Below, piece after piece: positions 53,300 through 64,000 of a stretch of 64,000 nt of DNA. The stretch covers positions 206,212,001-206,276,000 of the forward strand of contig OZ024741.1 in assembly GCA_964016885.1 (NCBI GenBank), read 5' to 3'. The notes beneath the pieces were generated by a model. It did no database searches, was not told the origin of the DNA, and saw only the letters and a list, made by a program, of their open reading frames with translations. This stretch comes from Eledone cirrhosa (taxonomy: Eukaryota). A program made the position numbers and the translations under genes. Positions within the stretch are counted from its first letter, which is position 1. Each line of letters starts with the position of its first letter.

Positions 53300-53790
53300 G
53301 AAGGAGTATTGAAAAATTGCTAAGTGTTGGAAACTATTGCAATGCAAATGGGTTTGTAAATATAGAGGTAAGGAGGCTGGGTGTAAAAGAAAGAGAGAGT
53401 TATGAATGAGTGGAAGCAAGGGAAAAAACGTAAAACGAATTTCTTCAATAGAAAATCTGTAAAAATTAGTTATTCCTGTGTCAAAATCCAACATTATCGC
53501 AAACCATCGACACATGCAATACCAGATTGTTAGTATTGAAGACATGAATGATGCGCATTCGGCCAAGCAAGCAACGTGGAATCGGTGGCGTATGAAACGG
53601 TAGAAAGCAAGATCTACGTTGGAATGACAGAAAACAGGCTTAAACGCCGCTTCTTAATCCCGAATTAACTTTCAGAGACCTTCACATGATAAATAATACC
53701 AACTATATAAGTAAATTGAAAGACGGAGATGCAGAGTTCTCCATCAAACGGAAGATACTAAAAGGCTCAATATATTATTCCAAACGCTCC
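53300..53790 (+). mobile_element. Highly decayed Naiad fragment
   Basis: FNRKSVKISYSC, IYVGMTENRLKRRF. Confidence 0.55.
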
Positions 53791-53804
53791 AAAATTATTA
53801 TATA

Positions 53805-56800
53805 CTAGCAGAGGTACCCGGCGTTGCTCGGGTATTAAATAGTAGTTGTGTATACCATTTATTTCAATACTTCAGTGCTGCTTCGAAAACTATACTTTTA
53901 CAAAATCATCGGCTTCTTCCAAAAGGGGGTTCCTGCCCCCAGGGGTCCCCTACTCAATATGTGCCAATTCTGAGAGCTCACATTCATCTGTAGGACAAAC
54001 GTAGCCCATTTGTCAAGTTTTGTGAAAATCGTATGTATATGTGTATATATATATGTGCGTGTGCGCGCGTGTCTGTGTGTGAATGTAGCGAAGATAATAC
54101 TTCAGCAATGACGTTATGCAGACAGTCAGGCATATAGACAGATATTATAAGAGCGCGACAGAAATGGATAACCGGCGCCTAACACGCTTTAACAACAGAA
54201 AACTGAAAAAAAAAGCGGCAGTTAATATCTTTAGACCGCAAGGAATATATAAATGCAAGTTTGAAGTCAATCGGAGTAGAAATGTGGATTTTTATAGACT
54301 TTGCAAAAATGAGGACACACAGACAACATCAGTTTTATATAAATAGACAAGCAGAGGTACCCGGCGTTGTTCGGGTATTAAATAGCAGTTATGTATACCA
54401 TTTATGTCAATACTTAAGTGCTGCTTCGAAAACTATACTTTTACAAAATCATCGGTTTTTTCCAAAAGGGGGTTCCTGCCCCCAGGGGTCCCCTACTCAA
54501 TATGTGCCAATTCTGAGAGTTCACATTCATCTGTAGGACAAACGTAGCCCATGTGTCAAGTTTTGTGAAAATCGGTTGCGAACTCCAGAAGTTATGATGT
54601 TTTGTTTCATTGCACTGCAGTGCTTCAGTAGACTCCAAGGAAGTAGCTAAAGGGGGTTATCTGCCGGGAGGCCCTATAATCAATATCTAGACAAATGAAA
54701 GTGCCCATGACCATCCGGAGTACATAAGTAACCTATGTCTTAAGTTTGGTGAAAATACTGTAGAAATGCATGAGGTTTATACATACGCGCGCGCGTGCGT
54801 GCGTGCGTGCGTGCGTGTGTGTGTGTGTGTGTTTATGTATTAGTGTGTGCGTATGTATTTGTGTGTGCGTATGTATGTGTATGTCCGTCAGTGCATACGT
54901 ATGTACTGGCCTAAAACTTCACTATTTACTTTTACTATTTTAATAACCACTGTCATTTTCGTTTTCAATTTTATTTACATCATTCTTAAACTCCGGAGCT
55001 GGAAATCATTCTGTTATTCTAAATAGAATATTAGTCTAACGACTCCATAAACCTGGTCTTGTCTTTGCATGAAATTGTTCTTCTCGGTCCACATACCGAC
55101 GTATTATCCTCGTTTTTTCCGTTCATTGCCAGGGAACGTCTTCACGAACCAAAATATCGTCTTCCTGTTTTCCTTCGGTTGCAACTTTTCTCGAAATATT
55201 TACTACTAGCAGCTGAGCCCGGTTGCACCCGGGGCCACTTTTTATTAAGTTAATAATTTGAAAAATATTATTGAAAGTTTATTATAATGAAGCAGTTTCA
55301 GGAAAAATATAGAAATATGCACTTGGGGCTGGACGGCGTACAATGAGAAGTGGAGCGACGTGAAAAGCGTTGTTTATTAACAGCGAAATAGCAATGTCGA
55401 AGATATGCAATTTGAAAAATACTACTTACTGTTAGTGGTGGTTAACATGTATTAGAATTAAAATAAAAACATGCGTCCCTTCTTCGCAATTTAAGGGTTT
55501 TATTTCTTTTGATGGAAAACAGTGACCGTACTGCAGAATCGATTTCATAAAACGGTACTGTATGATCGTTAAATGTGGAAGGATGATAGTTTATGAACAG
55601 CGAAATAGCAATGTCGATGATATGCAAGTTTAAAAATGCATATTATGAAGGTTTGTATGATAGTTTACACTTTTTCCTGAAACTGCTTCTTTATAATAAA
55701 CTTTCAATAATATTTTTCAAATTATTGGTACTGTATGTTAACAGCGAAAGAACGTTGATGAGTTTAAAAATTTGTATGAAATTGTATTAGAACAGGGGAA
55801 ATAACTAACCGAACGCTATAGTTTTGGTGCCACAGGGAACACATTTTTCAAGTTAGAGATTTGAAACCTCATCTATTTGCTTTCTTGGCACTTTTTACAT
55901 AGGTGTGTAAATTTCCATGTCAGTCCGACCACGTCTACTACCATTTAACCGTGCACATCTGAATTTCAACCACCGCCCATTTCACAAATATATATTAGAC
56001 TAGCAGAGGTACCCGGCGTTGCTCGGATATTAAATAGCAATTGTGTATACCATTTATGTCAATACTTCAGTGCTGCTTCGAAAACTATACTTTTACAAAA
56101 TCATCGGCTTTTTCCAAAAAGGGGTTCCTGTCCCCAGGGGTCCCCTACCGAATATGTGCCAATTCTGAGAGTTCACATTCATCTGTAGGAAAAACGTGGC
56201 CCATGTGTCAAGTTTTGTGAAAATCGGTTGCGAACTCCAGATGTTAGGACGTTTTGTTGCATTGCACTGCAGTGCTTCAATTTTAATTGAAAAATGAAAA
56301 TGAAACGTACTGTAGAAGGTAACCGTTTATTAACCTGCATTTTCAAACTTGCATATCATCGACATTGCTATTTCACTGTTAATAAACAACGCTTTTCACG
56401 CCGCTCCACTTCTCATTGTACGCCGTCCAGCCCCAAGTGCATATTTCTATTTTTTTCCCGAAACTGCTTCTTTGTAATAAACTTTCAATAATATTTTTCA
56501 AATTATTGGTACTGTATGTTAACAGCGAAAGAACGTTGATGAGTTTAAAAATTTGTATGAATTGTAATCCACTTCTCATTGTAGCCGTCCAGCCCCAAGT
56601 GCATATTTTTTTCATGAAACGCCCATTTCACAAATATATATTAGATTTACTTTTGCAATTTTAATAACCTCTGTCATTTTCGTTTTCAATTTTATTTACA
56701 TCATTCTTAAACTCCGGAGCAGGAAATCATTCTGTTATTCTAAATAGAATATTAGTCTAACGACTCCATTTATACCATACACTTGGTCTTGTCTTTGCAT

Positions 56801-56950
56801 GAAATTGTTCTTCTCGGTCTCCATAACGACGTATTATCCTCGCTTTTTTCTGTTCATAGCCAGGGAACGTCTTCACGAACCAAAATATCGTCTGCCTGTT
56901 TTCTTTCAGTTGCAACGTTTCTCGAAATATTTACTTCTGCGTTCACAGAT
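53805..56950 (-). mobile_element. Head-to-tail array of non-autonomous Helitrons (two families)
   Basis: 3' termini (CTAG plus hairpin cccggcgttgctcggg) at 53805, 54348 (CAAG), 55206 and 56000; 5' TC termini at 54347 and 55999 abut the next 3' end. Confidence 0.8.
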
Positions 56951-57024
56951 TAAACTTTTTAGTTTCAGAAGATCCCCTTATTGTTGAAAGCAGCGATTCT
57001 TTGCTTAAACTTTAATCTGTTCTT

Positions 57025-57182
<158 letters not shown>

Positions 57183-57685
57183 TAACTGTTTCTACAAGGC
57201 CACCAATTATATATATATATATATATATATAGCGGCGATGAATTAGTTTTGCGAGGTTTTTGATATGAAATCGTGTGTCGAAACAAATATTGTTATACTT
57301 GAGGAGGGTCATATTTGTGTAATAATATTGCCAGAATTAATAACAGAACACACTCACTGCTTGGTTGGTTTTCGCTTCTGCGTCTTTTATATTGAACCGA
57401 TATAAATATGACCCTCCCCAAGCATAACAATATATAAATATAAATATATATATAATTATTTAATACAATAACAGAGATAGTTTAAAGCTAAACTCTGACT
57501 GGTAACCATCTCACTCAACAAACATTAGGTTATATGTTAATATAAACCCAATTTAAGTGTTTGGGTGCTAACAATATGTATTATGTGGAAAAGCCAGTTG
57601 TATTATTTTATGAGATATAATTAAAGTTAAAATATCTCTCTCTTTCCAAACAATTGTTTCATTATATATATATATATATATATAT

Positions 57686-57761
<76 letters not shown>

Positions 57762-57762
57762 T

Positions 57763-57825
<63 letters not shown>

Positions 57826-58125
57826 TTTGTACGACTTTTGGAGGAAGGAGTGACCAGCAGTACGTTGTTCATTATTACGAAAAGCTGTAGCAGAGAATCC
57901 CGCGTCAACTGACAGTTCGGGAGGAAACTGCTTACACTCGAAGATTCTTTTGTCATCGTTCTTGTCAACGCTCCGTTTACTTGGTATTTGTTGGTCTACA
58001 GTTAGATGAATGGCGCACAAAGGGTTAATATTTATTGGCAAGAAGTTTTTTGAATAATAAAAGACGGGTTAAAGCGACCTACAATGTATCTGTGTATATA
58101 TATATATTTATATATATATACACAG

Positions 58126-58259
<134 letters not shown>

Positions 58260-58544
58260 AAGTACGCATATATATATGTGTGTGTGTATATGTATGTATA
58301 TATATATATATAAGTATATGTGTGTGTGTGTATTTATACATATATTTTTATGTTTATATTTATATATGTGTATATCTGTATATGTGTATGTGTTTGTATA
58401 TGTATATATATATATATATACATATATATTGGCAACATGACCCTCACAAAGTATAACAATATCGGTTTCAACACACGTTTTCAGATAAAGAATCTTACTA
58501 AACAAATTCAGAAACGAAATATATATATGTATATATATATATAT

Positions 58545-58750
58545 ATAACGAAGGAAATGTGGTAAGGAATCAGGTGGACCATAACGCACCAAAGTACTTA
58601 ATATTTAGGGTAGTAGAGTGGGTAATAGGAACGAGTAGGACCCCGTCGGCTGAGCTCAAGCCGTTTCGACGGCTAATTCTGGACGCAGAATTAGCAGAAT
58701 TAGCCGTCGAAACGGCTTGAGCTCAGCCGTCGGGGTCCTACTTGTTCCTA
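58545..58750 (-). mobile_element. Fold-back fragment of family F1
   Basis: Same structure as 6213-6415 in the opposite orientation. Confidence 0.8.
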
Positions 58751-58879
58751 TATATATATATATATGTATATGTGTATATATGTGTGTGTGTATATATATA
58801 TATGTATATATAAGTATATATGTATATATTTATGTGCGTGTGTGCGCGTGCGCGAGCGCGCGCGTGTGTGTATGTGTAC

Positions 58880-59176
58880 GCGCACGTGTGTGTGTGTGTG
58901 CGCGTGTCTGTGTGTGAATGTAGCGAAGATAATACGTCAGAATGACGTTATGCAGACAGTCAGGCATACAGACAGATATAAGAGCGCGACGGAGATGGTT
59001 AGCTGGCGCCTAACACGCTTTAACAGAAAATTGAAAATAAAAAGCAGCAGTTAATATCTTTAGACCGCAAGTAATATATAAATGTAAGTTTGAAGTCAAT
59101 CAGCGTAGAAATGTGGATTTGTATAGACTTTGCAAAAATGAGGACACACAGACAACATCAGTTTTATATATATAGA
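58880..59176 (-). mobile_element. Helitron 5' part (same family as 54060-54347)
   Basis: Near-identical sequence, ending TCtatatatataaaactg on the minus strand. Confidence 0.75.
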
Positions 59177-59649
59177 TTCAGGGCTACGAGGTGAAATATT
59201 AAAAAGACGCCATCAACTAGCTCAACTCTACCACCGCTTATTTAATGGTTGTCTCCATGCCAATTTATAATTTCTTAAACAATGGAGTAGCCCATCTATA
59301 CCGGGATAGTAACCGAACTGCCATGAATTCTCCCACCTCTACGCGCAAACATAAGTTACCATCAATGAGACCAGAGGTTTTTCACCAAGCTGAACAAAAA
59401 GTAACAACCAGCAGACTCTTAATAACTTGCAATGAAGTATTGATTTTGCAGTTTACTTAAATAATTTACTGTAATATTTAAAGTATAATGCTTATATTTG
59501 CTGAAGCTAGAAAGCCATGCATACATATGCACAGGAATCCGTTAGGAAGGTGGATTTGCCTCTTGAAGTTTGTGGGTGGCGCAAGTGTATGCACCAGACA
59601 AGGAGTCCGAATACAGCTCCTTCCTTTATTTTAACGAAATACAATTGCT

Positions 59650-59680
<31 letters not shown>

Positions 59681-59684
59681 ATGT

Positions 59685-59765
<81 letters not shown>

Positions 59766-61234
59766 CGTTTGTGTGTGTGGGTGTGTGAGCGCGAGCGTGT
59801 GTGTGTTTGTGTGTGTGTACACACATATATATTTATATATATCTTTCTATCTATCTTTTCGTGGTGCGTGAAAACCTCTTTATAACCTTTCCCATGCAGC
59901 AACGTTGATTTTATACTTCTCCGTGCAATAAAACCAAACTGTATTCCTATATCTGATTCACTTAATATGTTTGGATTCTTCAGTAAAATTTGGGACGAAA
60001 GAGAATAAAACATATTGCTTGTCTACATATATTCTATTCCAATATTCACATCTGCTAGTAAAACGTTGTATTGATTAGTTTCTCCCAGTTGAATTGAGAT
60101 GGAGCTAATAATGATTCAATTGAATACTGTTTGCAAGTTTTGACTATGCGAGTAAGAAGTCTTTTTCCCAAACACGCTTCTCTGCGTTCAATTACCCAAC
60201 TCTTCTTGTACCTTATTGTATGCTGCATTGTGAGTGGAAGAGGCGGAAAACTGTCCTTTCTATTTTTTCTCTCCTGCTTTCTCTTTCCATATGTACACAG
60301 ACATATACACATCTACCTACAAGCCTACACACATACATAGGCACATACGTACATACGTTCATACATACATACGCATGTGGTATATTTCCTAACGAATACC
60401 TATCTTTATCATGCTACCATCTATAACTATTATGCTACCATCTATAAATATTATTTACTATTGAGATATCTAATATACGGTGTCTAATACATTGAGTCTA
60501 ATACATTGTGACACTTTAACACTATCTCCAACGTATTTGTAATTGGCATAACTGAAATGAGGACAGATACATATTTCTAAAACAAATGTGTCTTATAAGT
60601 ATACCTTCTAGAAATGAACAATACTGAAAAATATAAACGTAAATGAAATGAAAAATATAAACGTAAATGAAATGACTTCTGTCAGCTTTTTCTTGGATTG
60701 AGAATGTGTGTTTGGGTGCGTGTGTATTTCGTAATATATATATTAAGGTATACAGATGTATGAAAAGAGAGAATTACGTTTTTGAAATGCAAATGATCTG
60801 AGCAGAGACTGACATATTTTGCTTGCAGTTTATTCAGTTTAGTATAACGATGTATATTCTCTACAAAATAGTGACAACATATTGCAGGAAAGATGAAACA
60901 TAAACCTGTAATAAACAGAAACATGGTTGAAATACAGCACCTTCGACGAGATTTGGACCTGTATCGATTTCCGAAAAAAATAGATTTTATATCGACTCTT
61001 GGAAACACCATAGCCTCTTATCTAAGGGCGCAAAGTATCGCGAATCGTTTATAATTAAAAGGCCAAATTTCATTTCGTGATGGGAGAAAGATACGAACTC
61101 GCAATGATGTATTGATTTTGCAGTTTACTTAATTTAATATTTAAAGTACTATACTTATATTTGCCGTAGCTAGAAAGCCAACCAGACACATGCACAGAAT
61201 TACACAGTTATTATGTTCCGTATATATATTTATC

Positions 61235-61271
<37 letters not shown>

Positions 61272-61280
61272 GGGGGGGTG

Positions 61281-61350
<70 letters not shown>

Positions 61351-61388
61351 ATATTAACAAATGGAAACTATATTTATAAAACCATATT

Positions 61389-61454
61389 TATTTCATTATA
61401 CATATTTCAAGGGCCACCAAAGCAGATTATGGGTCGCTTTCATCAGACAAAATA
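61389..61454 (-). ncRNA. Type I hammerhead, family F2
   Basis: tattttgt-CTGATGA-aagcgaccca/ttggtggccctt-GAAA-TATGTA-TA-atgaaata. Confidence 0.7.
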
Positions 61455-61729
61455 TAATATAGATTAGTTTTATAAATAAATATTGACATACCCTGAAAAA
61501 ATGCAACCGTGACTCCAACCGTGAAGGTTGCATTTACTCTTCAAAGTACAGGCATTGCTTGTTCAGGATCTGTTATAAGTTCGTGTGGCTGGCCGTAGTC
61601 TAAAAGGGTACCTTTGACAAGCAATTGCAATACGCTTAGCATGAGTTTGCAGCCATCATGTATGTATGTATGTATGTATGTATGTATGTATGTATGTATG
61701 TATGTATGTATGTATGTATGTATGTATGT

Positions 61730-62337
61730 CAGGTCACCAGCTGGTGCTACTGGTAACATGTATCCCAGTACATCCTGTCTCATGGTCGGGTCGTTGGCGA
61801 CTAAACTGGCAACCCCACCAAGGTTTCTTGGTGAGGAGGGAGACTTTGGACATCCTGCAGGACTAAAAACAAAACCTGTCAAAGGGCAAAGGAGCTCTTA
61901 AGAGTCAATGGCCATCCAAAATCACCGGGAGAGATGACCCCTTAGCCTTTGCCAAGGCAGAATTCTAGGAGAAGGAAAATTCTGATATAACACCTGCAAC
62001 CCTGATGGTATCCAATGATGTTGACTTGTTCTTCTTTTTGGTAAATATCATCTTGGTTAAGAGAGTGGGACTGGCTTTGTGCAGTGCCTTTTCTCACTAT
62101 AAAAGCTTCACGGCACAGGCATTGCTTTATATCTGGCGATCTCTCTGCACTTGTCGTCACATGGTGCCATGGGCCCAGCACTATGTGTCAATAATTGTCA
62201 CAAGTGTAGTGTTTGTACCAGAGTTTTCAAGTCGCTGGCTGGACTAAAAAGTCACACTTGTTTAGCGCATCGGCAGGGGTTCTCCTACACGGATATAAAG
62301 TAGTGGCCGTATTCGAAAACGAGTTGGCAGCCACCAT
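61730..62337 (+). mobile_element. Full-length non-autonomous RTE-related retroposon between (TGTA)n tracts
   Basis: Highly similar to 27265-27820, with an extra 5' ~50 nt. Confidence 0.85.
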
Positions 62338-62699
62338 GTATGTATTTATGTATGTATGTATGTATGTATGTATGTATGTATGTATGTATGTATGTATGTA
62401 TGTATGTTTTTCTGGCTTTTATATTTTATAAAGTTTCACCAACAGAGACAGAGTCGGTTTCTAACAGAGAAACTAGCCCATTTCATTGGAATTGAGACAA
62501 CATCAATTAGATAAATACATAGGATTATCTGTATGTGTTTATGTGTTTGTATAGGTATTGATTTTATTGTATGTGTGGATCTGTATGTTATGGGTTACAT
62601 GTGTACACGTGCTCATATTTCTGTATCTATACATGTGTTTTATGCAGTTATTACATGTTGAATTTCTGAAATGTATTGTTAGAGTACTATTAAATATAT

Positions 62700-64000
62700 T
62701 GTTAGAGTACTATTAATGGACTGTACTTGTAAATTTCTAACTAGCTGTGTTCTTTCAGGTTATGTGAAGAATAGCTTCTTAAGATTTGTACTGAGGCAAT
62801 TAGTAACATATCCAAGTTCCCCAATGGTCACATGTACACATCTAAATAGAGTTAGGGTGGAGTATCTGCAGATTCCTCATTCCTTTTCACGAATCTTTAG
62901 CATTATATTGACATCTGGGCTGCTGACTTCCATTACTGTACATGCCTTTTCGTCTCTGTTCCATATCACTATATCCAGTCTGTTATATTTGTAATTTATT
63001 GGGTTTTTGTCTGGGATATTCCATCAGTATTCTTTCATATTATGTATGCGCATGCCATCCGCATCACTAACTTTTTATATATTTATTGTCAGGACTGTAC
63101 ATTGTACGGATTGCATTGTATAATGTTTTGGCCACTACCTCATGCCTCACAGGCAGATAATATCGTCATGTTACCAGTGTGGGATATGATGCGAAACTCA
63201 AATGCTCTGTTTCAGGTAGAGGCAGTCTATGTCGCTGTTTATGTGGAAATTTCTGGTGCCGGTTAGAACTTTCCGGGTTTTAACATCAATTGTTTCGGAT
63301 CTCATTTAGCGTTCAATCAAGTATTCCAAATGTCGGTTTCAGCACAGACAACAAAATCATTATAGGCTATTCATTTATTTTGTGCAGAGAGTTCCGAATA
63401 TCATCATAGGATATATTTTCACCTATCTCTAAGTATTTTAGTAGTCTTTGTCAGATACCGGTGAAACAGTCAGGCCATTGATAAAGATGTTAGATTGGTC
63501 TATAGATTTTCCTCGCTTTTCAATCATATAGGAAAATATATTCTGATCAAACTCCATTCTTATATCTCTCGAACACATCCTTACTAGGTCAAAACTTTTC
63601 TTCATACCATTTATATTCTTGGAAAAAAGGTGTGCGTTAGGTTTGTGTTTCTTGCCTCCTGTGAACCAACTACGTATCCTTCATATTGCTTCAGCGTAAA
63701 GCGAAAGGTGTTTACTGTATAGATAGTATCACATAGTATCACAAAGAGAAACGGTCTCCTTGAAATACACTCTTGCCATACTCTATTTTATGAGTGACAA
63801 TACCGTCCTTCTTCTCTGTACTTAACTTGAAGAAGGTAGGTTCTCTATGGCTCTGATTATGGATTCGAGTACTTTAGCGAGTTGAAGGGCGTTAAGCATC
63901 CAAGAATTAAATGCCTTTCTGTAATCCAGTCACATTGTAGCCAAGTTTCTCCTATGGTGGCGCACCTCTGACATTGTGGTTTTGTTAATTAGGGGTTGCA
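62700..64000 (-). mobile_element. Decayed R4/Dong-like (RLE) LINE
   Basis: HHRRNLATM*LDYRKAFNS, VFQGD, IDVKTRKVLT..FHINSDIDCLYL. Confidence 0.7.

Overview
AT-rich, microsatellite-dense animal DNA, most likely an octopod cephalopod (inferred from Nin-domain and OR-type tRNA-derived SINEs). The only host-gene piece I can support is one internal coding exon (1263-1634, minus strand, AG/GT bounded) of a rhodopsin-class peptide GPCR resembling CCK/sulfakinin receptors. The rest is probably a very large intron filled with mobile DNA: a near-intact RTE LINE (one 1-nt frameshift, three C-terminal C2H2 fingers), decayed CR1-group, RTE-like and R4-like LINEs, many Penelope-like (Naiad/Neptune-type) fragments, Helitrons including a head-to-tail array, mariner and hAT relics, and SINEs. 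The main hidden signal is about 20 type I hammerhead ribozyme (HHR) motifs, intact or decayed, from roughly ten sequence families. They include a U3-A8 compensatory core variant, a ~0.43 kb tandem retrozyme-like unit with an upstream octamer motif, and recurrent fold-back palindromes that turn inside ribozyme stem II. All folds were read by eye and no activity has been shown.
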